Of a stretch of DNA of 64,000 nucleotides, positions 1 through 10,845 are shown piece after piece; within the stretch, counting starts at the first letter, position 1, and each line of letters starts with the position of its first letter. A program made the position numbers and the translations under genes. Source of the stretch: Ascidiella aspersa (Eukaryota); contig OZ004607.1 in the NCBI GenBank assembly GCA_963924565.1, positions 2,170,001-2,234,000 of the forward strand, written 5' to 3'. The notes beneath the pieces are model-generated. The model was not told the DNA's origin and ran no database searches. It was given only the letters and a program-made list of their open reading frames with translations.

Positions 1-130
1 CTGATTTCCGTTTTCCTGTCGGGCTGGTGTCGCTAATCCCCAACGCAGTCGCTTTTGCGCTATATATTCTAATGCTGGAACTGTAGAACGCGATCAAATT
101 ATCCGTTTGCTTCACTTGTTATGCTGCGCC
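1..130 (+). promoter_or_regulatory. Putative non-coding first exon / promoter-proximal region of ZNF-A (5' end may lie outside the window)
   Basis: Near-identical to 8238-8367 upstream of ZNF-B. Both copies end at a donor-like site (GTAAGC at 131; GTGAGT at 8368) and similarity collapses about 10 nt later. Contains an ETS-like TTCCG/TTCCTG motif. Confidence 0.55.
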
Positions 131-143
131 GTAAGCTGTAGGC

Positions 144-556
144 CAAGGGTCTCAAACTCAAATTGCTCTGAGGGCCAAATGAGGACGTGTAAAATGCCCA
201 AGGGCCGCAATTCACAATAAATAAGAACACAATATAATATAAACACATGTAGGCTGATTTTGGGCTACAGTTATTTGTTCTGGCTACTTTACTGGCAGCG
301 TTTTTCAAGGACAAGAATCTCTATATTGGGCTTCAAATTGTCAGCAGAAACAAATCTTAGAGTTGCTTGCAGATGTGGACTGCCTAATATTGGCAAAGAA
401 AATTCTTTGTTTGCAAAATGCTGGTTTAACTTTTTATTTTTTTACTTTGCCCTGGTAAGCATGTTATTTATCGCGGTGCATTGTTTCGAAGTGCAAACCC
501 TTGTTATACTTCTTCATAACAGCGATCTTTCTGCCAAATAAGGCCTCTGACCGCGG
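144..556 (+). mobile_element. Truncated hAT-type MITE inserted just inside the ZNF-A 5' intron
   Basis: Starts with a CAAGGGTCTCAAAC terminus followed by GGGCC subterminal motifs, and is absent at the paralogous position (~8380). Right end and TSD not resolved. Confidence 0.4.
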
Positions 557-1091
557 TGACAAAATATAACTCCTCCCCCTTATCTTGAAAAACTTTTCTT
601 TCGTCTGTGATTTTTCTCATTTTTGAAGCAAAAGACAAGTGTAATTTAGCTTTTTAAGCTATAGAAATTTATTTCAATACTAGGCTAGAACAATCAAAGC
701 CTACAACTCGACAATTAATTTATACATTATGAGATGACCAATTACACTAACACCTGACTGACGCACTATCCAGCTTTATTGTGACAACTGTACAGAGTTG
801 AATAGGAAATGTGACGTAATAGTAGATCTTTCACCGCATAAATGGTAGCGTTTGAAAGTGATATGACAGTGAAGTTTGGTGAGTATATTTTCAGTTTTTT
901 GAAGCAATTTTAGAGTGAATTTTAACTTTCAAATCTGATTAGAAAAATATATGTGGCACTTAAATATTGTTAAATACTTGGAAATCCAAAATTTTTTATT
1001 TTTATCTCATTTTTACAAGATTCCGGTATTTATTAATTTAGAAGCGCCACTGTCCATACGACAACGCACAAAAATACCGTCTCTTTGGTAT

Positions 1092-1345
1092 AGATCGTCT
1101 AAATCGAAAGATATAAGACCAAAACCCGTCGGAAAAAGACCTAAATTGCCCGAATAAGGGCTAACACAGCCTTTTCATAATTTATCACTAACTACCCCAA
1201 AATTTTAACCCTAGCCAAATCGGCCGATGCTACAGTTTCAGGATGTTTGCGTCCTATATAGGTCGTATTTCGTATAGTTTAGAACTTATTTTGTGCTGGA
1301 TATTACTGCGTATTATGTTTTTATGTCGTTGGTCTTAATACTGAG
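1092..1345 (+). repeat. Intronic repeat shared by the ZNF-A and ZNF-B introns (other copy ~8770-9330)
   Basis: Shared blocks AGATCGTCTAA...GTCGGAAAAAGACCTAAAT and GGATATTACTGCGT...TATGTCGTTGGTCTT, with a CCTAACCC-like interior. Confidence 0.55.
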
Positions 1346-1561
1346 GTATTCTAGATTATTCTACTCTAGATTGCTTTAAAGGGCTTTCTTGTATATTCCT
1401 GTTTGAAGGCCTATATTAATAAAGCCAGATATAGGCGATGCAGGTCTGTTTTTAAATGATTGCTATTTTATATATGATTGTTCACATTGCATAAGTTTTA
1501 CCGCGTGTTTGTCCATTGCTGTACTTCTGTTGTGCAAGATTTGACAAAACATACCTTAGGG

Positions 1562-1900
1562 CAGGGGTTCTCAAACTTTTTTTACCGCGAACTCCTAAAA
1601 TTTTCTTTCATCTCGCGTGGACCACTGTAGGCAAAAAAATTTAAAAAATAACGTCATAAATTGACGTCACAGTACAAATAGACTTCATAAATTTGCTGAT
1701 TTTGGTCCAAAATTGTGAAAGTGAAATGTAGTCTAAATACATTCAATGCAAAACCATTTTATTTTTACTTAAATTAATTTCTTTAATAAATTAATTACTT
1801 CTTAAATAAACAATGATATTTCAATTAGACCTTGATGGGCCCCCTAAAACTAGTTCACAGACCCCCAAGGGGTACATGGACCCCAGTTTAAAAATCCCTG
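1562..1900 (+). mobile_element. hAT (Buster/Charlie-type) MITE, 339 bp
   Basis: TIRs CAGGGGTTCTCAAAC / GTTTAAAAATCCCTG. Perfect 8-bp TSD CCTTAGGG (1554-1561, 1901-1908) with central TA. Relatives at 24865-25077 and ~33805-33864. Confidence 0.9.
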
Positions 1901-2515
1901 CCTTAGGGTGTGGCGGTCCAACCTAGATCGACTAATTAAGCGAGCTACCAATTATGTACAATGTCAGGACCTACGTTTTCGTAGCAGTTGGTTAGGAATC
2001 TAGGATAATGTCAACAAGAATATTTTATTATTATTGTATATTTTCTAGCATAGTGGTTGTAGATTGTTGTATGTTGAAAATGAATAGTTATTCTAAAACT
2101 TTGATGAAAGAAAAAGGGTATTAAAAACTTTAAAAATGTTACCTATTACTGTATGGGCTTTGATAATTGTCTAACCACAACCTCCAGTCATTATTTTACG
2201 TTTTTTTCGAAATGTTTAAAATGGATTTACTTCTGTACGCGCCTTGTATATTCTTACTACGTCTTGTTGTAATTGTTGTGAAAATCGTGTTTAAACGACT
2301 GTAACCAAGCCCTACTCATATTTGGAATATATATGACATATATTTTAATTTTATAAATTCATAGATTTAACCTGATTGAAATAAATTTATTGTTTAAAAG
2401 TGTAACATTTGAGCATTTGCTTGTTTAATCTGTAGCGACAAACAAAATTTTTAAAAATGAGAAAAAGGTATGTGTAGTTTATATTTTCTATATATTTCAC
2501 CAGAGAGACTGAAAC

Positions 2516-2794
2516 CACTGGTTTTCAACCAAACTGAGAAGTTCCTCTTGGCCGCTAGTTAAACCATTATTTTCGGTATAAAGATGTTTATTCATCCAAC
2601 AATGGCCATCATGTAAAGATGTGAGATAAGCATAAAGTGCCATATACACAACAAGCATTTTAGACTTAAATATAGTTTGTCACGTGTTAAGGGCGATTGT
2701 AAAATGACTCTATTGTTGTTCTGTTAAAAGTGAGCCGCGAAATAGTTAAGATTTTTCTAGTGTGCCGCGAGCCACAAAAGTTTGAAAACCACTG
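2516..2794 (+). mobile_element. hAT MITE, same family as 31938-32237
   Basis: The right ~140 bp closely matches 32055-32237 (TAAGGGCGATT...GACTCTATTGTTGTTCTGTTAAAAGTG...AACCACTG). No clear TSD. Confidence 0.65.
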
Positions 2795-2864
2795 CTTGAG
2801 AAAGTTTAATTACTTCCATTTTTTTCATACCCTTACCTTTCAAGGTAGTGCTGCGTAGTATCAA

Positions 2865-2939
2865 TGCCAACCTACTATCGGACCAGTACCGATACTACTC
2901 TAGGGTATCGGCTCCGATCTGATATATCGGACATCTCTG
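2865..2939 (+). mobile_element. Terminal fragment of a GATAC/GTATCG-rich MITE family (also ~12828-12854, 35165-35240 minus, 54487-54859, 58245-58436)
   Basis: GGGTATCGGCTCCGATC...TATCGGACATC(C/T)CTG terminus recurs at the listed sites. A remnant lies just upstream of the acceptor in both ZNF-A and ZNF-B. Confidence 0.6.
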
Positions 2940-3011
2940 CCAGCTAAAGATGTTTAAACAGTTCTGCTAAATATTAATATTTTCGGTTTTATACTTTTTA
3001 GGAGTAAAAAT

Positions 3012-4613
3012 ATGTCAAACTCTCAAATCTATCTTGAAACCGTAGATCTAAAAAAACAGAGCGATAATGGATTTTCTGATGATTCTGTTGCCACGATTAC
3101 AAGTGATGGGTCAAAAGAACATCAAACTGTAAACGAAGACCATAAATGTGAAGGGCAAAGTGACTTGGATCAGAAGATTGTTATTAGAGGGAGGAAATAT
3201 GATAAATCAGCAGGAAATGAAGCGGAAGTTAGTTTTAAAGACAAGGACAAGTTTCGTTGTCACATTTGTGAAAAGTCTTTCCAAAGTCCTGGCAAGTTAA
3301 ATTGGCATCTATCTTCAAAACAGTTGAAGAAACACGAATGCAAGGTATGCGGGAAATGTTGTGGAACAACTGGTGATCTAAAAAGTCATATTGCAGTTCA
3401 CACTGGAGAAAAACCTTACAAATGCAACTATTGTGAAAAGTGTTTTGCCAGGCAAGGAGAGCTTACAGTTCATGAAAGAACTCACACTGGCGAAAAACCT
3501 TACAGCTGCAAATATTGTTTTAAATGTTTCAGCCAAGCAGGGGGTCGTAGAAATCATGAAAGAACTCACACTGGAAAAAAACCATTTGAGTGTAACGAAT
3601 GTGGAAAATGTTTTGCCAGGAAAGATAATCTTATCAATCATATGCGAACCCATACTGGTGAAAAGCCTCACGAATGCAAATATTGTGCGAAACGGTTTAC
3701 CTCAAAGAGTGATCTTAATAAGCATGAACGAATTCACACTGGTGAAAAACCATTTGCGTGCAAGTATTGTGAAAAATGTTTTGCCGCGAGTGGTAATCTT
3801 AGTCAACACGAAAGAATTCACACCGGAGAAAAACCATACATATGCAATCATTGTGGAAAATCGTTTGCCAGCAAAGGATACCTTAAATCACATGAAATAA
3901 CTCATACCGGAGAAAGACCTTTCAAATGCAAATATTGTGAAGAAAGTTTTACATATGGAGGAGCTCTTAAAAAACACGAAGTTCATCACACTGGAGAAAC
4001 ACCTTATAAATGCAAACATTGTGGAAAATGTTTTGGCATGCAAGGAGATCTTACAACTCATGAAAGAACTCACACTGGAGAAAAACCTTTCAGATGTAAG
4101 TATTGTGGAAAATATTTCAGCCAAGTTGGAAGTCTTAAAACTCATGAACGAATACACACAGGTGAAAAACCATACAAGTGTAAAGAATGTGGAAAATGCT
4201 TTTTTACTTCAGGAAATCTTGCAAGTCACAAAAGTACTCATACTACAGAAAAACCGCACAAATGCAGTATTTGCGGTAAGTGTTTCACACTTGTATATCA
4301 TTTAAGAAAACATGCAAAGACTCACACGGGAATCAAACCTTTTAAATGCAAACTTTGTGGAAACTGTTTCACCACTTCGCGAGCTCTTAACATCCATGAA
4401 AGGATTCACACCGGAGAAAAACCTTACAAATGTAAAGAATGTGGAAAGTGTTTTGTCCAGCTGGGGCATCTTAAATGTCATGAAAGAATTCACACTGGGG
4501 AAAAACCCTACGTGTGTAATGTTTGTGAAAAAAGCTACAGTCAAATGTCAACTCTCAAAAAACATGAAAACACACACACCAGAAAAATAGCCCTACAAAT
4601 GCAAATGTTGTAA
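3012..4613 (+). CDS. ZNF-A: tandem C2H2 (Kruppel-type) zinc-finger protein, 533 aa, 15 canonical fingers plus 1 degenerate; ancestral last finger lost by frameshift
   Basis: Repeated CxxC-x12-HxxxH with TGEKP linkers at an 84-nt period. Acceptor TTTTTAG|G at 3001/3002, 10 nt before the ATG. Confidence 0.93.
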   Translation: MSNSQIYLETVDLKKQSDNGFSDDSVATITSDGSKEHQTVNEDHKCEGQSDLDQKIVIRGRKYDKSAGNEAEVSFKDKDKFRCHICEKSFQSPGKLNWHLSSKQLKKHECKVCGKCCGTTGDLKSHIAVHTGEKPYKCNYCEKCFARQGELTVHERTHTGEKPYSCKYCFKCFSQAGGRRNHERTHTGKKPFECNECGKCFARKDNLINHMRTHTGEKPHECKYCAKRFTSKSDLNKHERIHTGEKPFACKYCEKCFAASGNLSQHERIHTGEKPYICNHCGKSFASKGYLKSHEITHTGERPFKCKYCEESFTYGGALKKHEVHHTGETPYKCKHCGKCFGMQGDLTTHERTHTGEKPFRCKYCGKYFSQVGSLKTHERIHTGEKPYKCKECGKCFFTSGNLASHKSTHTTEKPHKCSICGKCFTLVYHLRKHAKTHTGIKPFKCKLCGNCFTTSRALNIHERIHTGEKPYKCKECGKCFVQLGHLKCHERIHTGEKPYVCNVCEKSYSQMSTLKKHENTHTRKIALQMQML

Positions 4614-4725
4614 CAAATGTTTTGCGTGAAAAATTCACCTTAAAAGACATGAAAAGACTCATGGAGATTATTTTGAGAGCCCTGCTCAAACCAACCCTGA
4701 CCAACTTACAGCTGTTTTGAAGTGA
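4588..4725 (+). pseudogene. Fossil last finger and C-terminal tail of ZNF-A, now in the 3' UTR
   Basis: Aligns to ZNF-B 14583-14720 with a +1 insertion near 4588 and an in-frame CGA>TGA at 4627-4629. The ancestral stop TGA is at 4723-4725. Confidence 0.85.
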
Positions 4726-5330
4726 CTTGATTTATGGAAAATGTGAAATTAAAACGCTAGATAAATCAATTTTGATTTAAACTGCATTTCTTAAAGTTCA
4801 TTTTTACTTTCTTGTAATATTTTGGCATCTTTGAAAATAATTCAACCCATACGGTAATGTTAGAAATAGAAAGTATGCTTTTATCAGCAAAATTAACAAA
4901 CGCTTTATTGACAATTTGAATGAAATTGTTTATTGTGTTCACACGCTTTGTTTTTTTTTTGTTTTAATTTTACACGTTTAAGCTGGATTTGTTATTCATT
5001 TGTCGCTGTATTATATCAATTTATTGATATCGTTTGTTTGACTGAAATATATCGTCGATGTAATAACCGCCAAACGTTTCTTAGTAATGTCATCTGTTAA
5101 TTAGTTAAATTGAGTAATTACGTACAATTTATATCTTTATTAATAGTTTATTAACTTCTCAAGAAAAGGATTTTACCCCTGACTTGTATATTAAGGCTAG
5201 GACCACCCTATTTTACGTTTTAAGTTGGGTTGAACAGCATTGCATTGTTACCCACGCATGTCTGTCAAGATTTTACTCCCATATCCCTTTTTGCAGTCAA
5301 ATAAAATTAACCAAAACTTATCGTTTAAAC

Positions 5331-5680
5331 TAGCGGTCAGCAAACTATATTATGGCTCGCGGCCAGATCCGGCCCACTGGTTTAATTGATCCGGCCCGCG
5401 GCATATTTCCTCAGGGAAGATCAAGCACAGTTGATGTTCTGTTAAATGCAATTCAGAACTAAATTTCAATGAACATTTTAAACTGTACGACAAATTAGTT
5501 AAGCTCGCTACAGTTTTTATTGCATTGTCGTATATTTCCTTCGTTTAAAGCAATCAGTTTAATTAACTTAGACCAAACAATTTAAATACGACCCGCGTAA
5601 ATCTTGAATTGTTGTCTTTCCCGAGATGGACAGGCCTTACAGATATCTGGACGTTTGTCAAAAAAGCTTGTTGACCCCTG
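5331..5680 (+). mobile_element. hAT (Buster-type) MITE; relative at ~27669-28020
   Basis: Degenerate TIRs TAGCGGTCAGCAAACT / AGCTTGTTGACCCCTG, CGGCCC subterminal repeats, TSD GTTTAAAC / GTTTATAC (7/8). Confidence 0.75.
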
Positions 5681-5696
5681 GTTTATACAAAATCTT

Positions 5697-6243
5697 ACAA
5701 TTGGAGAGCAAAGTAAACTATTTAGCGTTTGTAGAGATCTGTCTAAGCTGGTTATTAATTCCGAAGAGACCAATGCAGACTGACGCAACAGGCGGTGCAA
5801 CATACAGCGTGAAAAAGGCGGCTTTGAAACTTTGCTTAAATAACTGGCAGTCTAGGGCTTTCGGCTTAGTCTAGAGTTATGATTTGTGTTTTGCGAGTTT
5901 GTGTAAAGTAATTCTACAATACACTAACTTCAAGTAAGTAGCATTTGTAAAGTTGAAATAGTACCATCGTTGACGCGAAGCTAGTGCAAGGAGACGTGGA
6001 TGCATATTGCCGGTTAGTCATTGTACAGTTAGCTTGTGTAGGTACTTCCCATCACAGAAGGTCGCAGAATAGAGGGAACTGAACGAGCATAGGTTTACCG
6101 GCCCTCAATTACAAATGACAGAAGCGGAAACGAGAAGAATTATAAAACACAGCAGGAACAGACCTACACTAGACTAGCAACCGTAAAAACAGCAGTCCAC
6201 GCTAAAGTACAATTGAATGAACAACTTTATAATCAAGTTTAAA
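5697..6243. repeat. Conserved non-coding block, copy 1 (copy 2 at 16197-16734)
   Basis: Collinear high similarity, e.g. TGCAGACTGACGCAACAGGCGGTGCAACATACAGCGTGAAAAAGGCGGCTTTGAAAC and AGAAGCGGAAACGAGAAGAATTAT are identical in both copies. Confidence 0.85.
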
Positions 6244-6573
6244 AACAAACAGTAACTTGGAATACCACGAATTAAATTTAGCGAGCTGATATATTTAGTT
6301 GAGGTCCAACTAGTCGTAATGTTGCAGTTACTAGTTGGGCAAAACTCATATCAAAATAGCTTAATTTGACGATTAGCATAACTGCCTTCTGTGTAGTAAG
6401 ACCGAATCGAACTGAATATTAATGTTTTAAATAATTAAGAATAGTTCGATTGCTGTAAGTAATGTGTAAACTTTTGATGGATGTATTGTTTCTTTCTGGA
6501 GATATTATACGATGAAATTTCGAACTGAATGCTTCCCTTTGTTACAGCAGACGTATATAACTGTACTCCACAC

Positions 6574-7330
6574 CAGTGGTCTCCAACCTGTGGGGTCGCT
6601 TAAAATTTTTCTGGGGTCGCCATAACTCACCAAATTCTTGCTGTTTTAGTACGATATATGTAATGACGTCAAAACAATAAACGTGACTGAGTACATAGCA
6701 CAGATAAAATTTTGTTTCTTCTAAATAAAATAGGTGTTTTAGCTGTTAAACTGGTAGGTTACAAGGATTTTAGAAAATAAATATTTACATTTGAATTTCG
6801 ATGTAATTCAGTTAACCTACACGACTCAGTCCAATTTTGTGATTTTACTATACTCTTATATACTCTTTCCGTTTTCAACTACATGGGATTTGTTTAACGA
6901 ACTTCAGCGCAATGAGCATATTAAAAACGAAACACCGTAAATCGCTTGGAAGTAGAGCTTGACGGTTATGTCGGTTATGCTTATGCAAAGTGGGGCCGCT
7001 TTTTCAAAAACTGGTGAACACTACTAAGCTGGCGCAACCATCACACTAAATGCAATTTACTGTTCAAACAAATTGATTTTTTTGTATTAGTTGGTGTGCC
7101 AAATTCAAATACTTAATTTACATAAAACTACCTAAACGAAATCATTTTGGTGCACATATGTAGCCATAGGTCTTTGGAAATGTGTAAAGTTAACGCATTT
7201 ATTCACTCGTGTTACTTTCCATTATTTAGAATATTTTTGTTCCTATCTGAAAACAATGGGGTCGCAATGAAAATTATGATTTCATTTTATTTAAATTGGG
7301 GTCGCCCGTTAAAAAGGTTGGAGACCACTG
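6574..7330 (+). mobile_element. Buster/Charlie-family hAT deletion derivative carrying a decayed transposase C-terminus (~6860-7049)
   Basis: Perfect TIR CAGTGGTCTCCAACCT; TSD CTCCACAC / CTCTACAC. Frameshifted translation ILFPFSTT..FSAMSILKTKHRKSL..RLCLCKVGPLFQKLVNTTKLAQPSH* matches the characteristic Buster/ZBED5-like C-terminus. Confidence 0.9.
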
Positions 7331-7419
7331 CTCTACACAAACCGTTATAAACATTGCAAAATCACATAAGGTGTTTAACGCACATGTTGATTAAAAAAGT
7401 ATTTTGTCGGTTGGGGCAT

Positions 7420-7930
7420 AAAATTGCTTTGCATAAGTGAGTAGAGTTCTATATAACAATGTGGCGCTCGACATTAGCTTGTTCAGACTGCTTGTTTGTC
7501 TTTTTTTTTAAAGGCTTCCAACCAATAACAACTGGTAGTTTGTCTGCAGATACTAGTGGCCCGGTAACGAATTTAGTTGTGGCCTAATACATTAAGCCAA
7601 TTATTACCAAACTTTATTCCTTGGTCGCCTTTGGAAAAAGTTTGCTTGACTTGCGACGCACCAAGTGATAAGAATTTTACTTATTTTGATTGATTTAGTT
7701 GTTTCTTTGTAAAACATAATATCAAAATTAGTCGAACCTCCCAGCTGGTTTGCAAGGCGCAAGAAACCAACTGTATCCAATGCAGCAAGAAAAAGGCAAA
7801 TTTGAAGTACGCTTGGTTAAGTAGCAGGTCTAGGATTTTGCATTCGCAAAGCATGTCAATAACTTTTTGGTTATTGGGACTGTTTTGTATCAGTTGTAAT
7901 GTATGCAAGTATTCATTTTGTCAACAACAG
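7420..7930 (+). mobile_element. Highly decayed Tc1-like transposase remnant
   Basis: Fragments in mixed frames (TGS, HNIKISRT, AGLQG, RKKPTVSNAARKR with RKKP at 7758-7769, FAKHVN, YWD) follow the Tc1 order GL.GR.ARKKP..S...R..FA..H....W. No TIR seen. Confidence 0.4.
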
Positions 7931-8237
7931 CCAAAGAATTAACTAACGCTATGTGGAGTTTTTAGTAAAGTTAATAATAATTAACGTAGTTCTTCATACA
8001 GCCAAGGTTGCTAGTTTACAAAAGTTTAGCTTTCCTTTATTAATTACATTTCTCTACTTTAAGTTAAAATTATAATATTATTGTAAGATTTTGAATTGTT
8101 ATACAGACCCTGTAAGTTATTTAATGGCAATGTGTCAGCCTAACGCTTGATTTTAGCTTATTTTGTGACAAAGAAGTCTACAAACTGTAATGGCGCAAGC
8201 TGTCTAGTGTATGCGCGACTGTGTGTGCGATTATAGG

Positions 8238-8367
8238 CTGATTTCCGTTTTCCTGTCGAGCTGGTGACGCTAATCCCCAACGCAGCCGCTTTTGCGCTAT
8301 ATATTCTAATGCTGGAACTGTAAAACGCGATCAAATTATCCGTTTGCTAAACTTTTTATGCTGCGCT
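8238..8367 (+). promoter_or_regulatory. Putative non-coding first exon of ZNF-B
   Basis: Paralog of 1-130. Donor GTGAGT at 8368; matching acceptor TTTTTAG|G at 12913/12914. Confidence 0.55.
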
Positions 8368-9837
8368 GTGAGTTGTAGGCGATGTATTGAAAGCGGATAA
8401 CTATGCAAGATTTTTTAATTGTAAAATGAATACCGCTGGCTGACAATATGCAATTTTAATTTTCGAGACAGTTTGTTTGGTTTCAGTTTAGTAAAGTCCG
8501 ACAGTTCATTGGTTCAAATATACAAAACCAGTATAAATTTGGAAAGAATATTATTATTTTTTTTATTTAAGGCACAAAGTAATCGCAGGTAGATAGTCTT
8601 TCTAGTTGTTATCTAGTTTGTTAATCGTTGGTGCGACTTGAAATGTGAACAAAATTTTCTTAGCTGCACGCTTGAAAACGATGCTTTAAACTAGCTTTCG
8701 TGACACCCCTTTTTTATTCGAACAAGAATTAAGTCTGACATGCCATTTATTAATAAAGTCTATTTAACAAAGATCGTCTAACTCGGAATGAGAACAAAAC
8801 CAGTCGGAAAAAGACCTAAATGACCAGAATAAGACCTGTACAACGTTACCTAACCCCACCCCACCCTAACCTCAATTTAGCACTAATTCCCCTAATAATT
8901 ATAACCCCAACCTGGTTTCTAGCCTCTACCATTACCCTACTCAACCCCAAATATGGCAAACAATTGTCGTTTTAACTGATCAGCCTACATGGTTTATATA
9001 ACAAAACGCCTGATGCCAAACGTAAAATTTCAGGCTGAATTGCGTCTTTTAGGTTTTATTCCAAATAGTTTATGAACTATTCTAACAAGTTTAGATAATA
9101 TTATGTCGTGAATATTACTGCGTATTAGTTTTTGTTGTTCTCCAGCTAGAAGACTGAGATAAAAAACATCAACGTCGGAATTAAACACAGTTCGGAATCG
9201 CACCAAAATAGGGCTAACACATAATTTCGGACGGATTCCGATGAGTTTAGGGCTTATTCAGGTGATTTCGATCTCATACTGTATAGGATATTACTGCGTC
9301 GATTTGTCTTTATTATGTCGTTGGTCTTCATTGTACTATGATTTTATAGATTTTTCTGCTTCAGGTATTGTTGCTTTTTAGGTCATGTGTTCCCAATTAT
9401 ATACATAACTATATAGGGTTTGTTGAAGTTGGATTTTGGACAGAATTTTATAAAAAAGTGTATTTATGATGTGTTTTCTAAAGGGACTTTACTATTTACA
9501 CTAAATTTAGTAATTATAAATAAAGTATTCCATCAGTGCTCGGCAGACTGTTGCTGTTACCCAAATGTGCGCCTGTTGGACATTTTTAGTGGGCCGCGAG
9601 CAATTTTTTAAGTAATTTTAGGCTTCACGTATCCTTTTAATTGAAGTTTAGCCAAGGTAAAATAAATTAAAACCCTTTTTATAATATTTTTAATTGCTAT
9701 GCTTGGCAAATTTTCAAGGTGGGACCTTAAGAAGGTGGTTTAAAAACATATAAACACAGAGCAACAGGGTGGATAACTTAAATCCTGTGTATGTTAACAG
9801 GCTTGAATATAAATGAAAATATAACTAAACAATTTGT

Positions 9838-10845
9838 TCAACAAGTGTTGTTCTTCCACAAATATACAAATGCAGAAATGCTGCTGTGCCCTACAAAGGT
9901 TTGCCCAATAAAGGCCTTGAAGAGCTTTTCTGTAAGACGAGTTGAGCATGGCTGCCTAAAAAATAAAATTTAGATCAATATAATATACTGCAATAATTAA
10001 ATTATACACTGTCACTGAACAACTTTTTTTTACTTGCATAGTAAAATTTTCAAGTTACCGACTAGAACCACTACAAGTCATGTCATAAAAATATGTTTTA
10101 GTCTGTCATTAACCACCACAAAAACATATTATTATGACTTGTACTAAGTTTGTGGCAATGCATTCTTTAAGCATAGCATTAGGAAATGTATTATTCGTGT
10201 TACACTTTAACTGAATGATAGTGCAATGATTGTGAAACAAGTTCATTTTTATTGTAATTGATATCTTCATAACCCACAAAAATTAAAAAAAAGGTTCACC
10301 CTACTTTGAAAACAAATTAAATCATTAAATAATTTCATACAAAAGGGTAATATGTGTTCCAGATTATTGAAATTTGTGCTTAAACAAGTGATACACAATC
10401 TAACCCAAAAAAGTTGCCCATTACTGGGATATGCAGACCAAACATTAGACACAGCACATATAAATTAAATGTATTTACCATAAATTGAGTTTTTTACCTT
10501 GTGATCTATACTCTTTTGTTGATTTCCACTTGAACTTTGTCACAGACTTTTGTTTTCCCATCTTACACTTTGCAGTTAAAATTCCTGTAAATCAATAAAA
10601 AAATTATGTAAATTTAGTAGCATTCCAAAGTACTACAGATTAAATTTCACATTTAAAGCTTTAATGTCAGATATAAACAATGGAAATGATAAATTAAAGC
10701 TAAAACACATATTAAAGTACCTCAGAAATTTTATAGAGATTGAAAAAACATCAATTTTGGTGAAAATGTTGGAATAATATTTACCATATTTTTTTACATA
10801 TTCTATGATGAAAGGTTCTAAGCAAAAACTTATATATTGGTCAAT
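9838..10845 (-). pseudogene. Decayed, intron-containing antisense coding fragments in a CpG-depleted segment (possibly CxC/KDZ-type transposase)
   Basis: Minus-strand exon-like pieces with strong acceptors (10584-10498; 9955-9838) and only about 3 CpG in ~1.2 kb. Peptides: C....AYPSNGQLF(G)LDCVS and QPCSTRLTEKLFKAFIGQTFVGHSSISAFVYLW. Family assignment is from recalled motifs only. Confidence 0.3.

Noticed and set aside
9791-9973. Plus-strand CPIKALKSF resembling a tyrosine-recombinase motif
   Set aside because: No other recombinase motifs are nearby, and the splice signals favour the minus strand.
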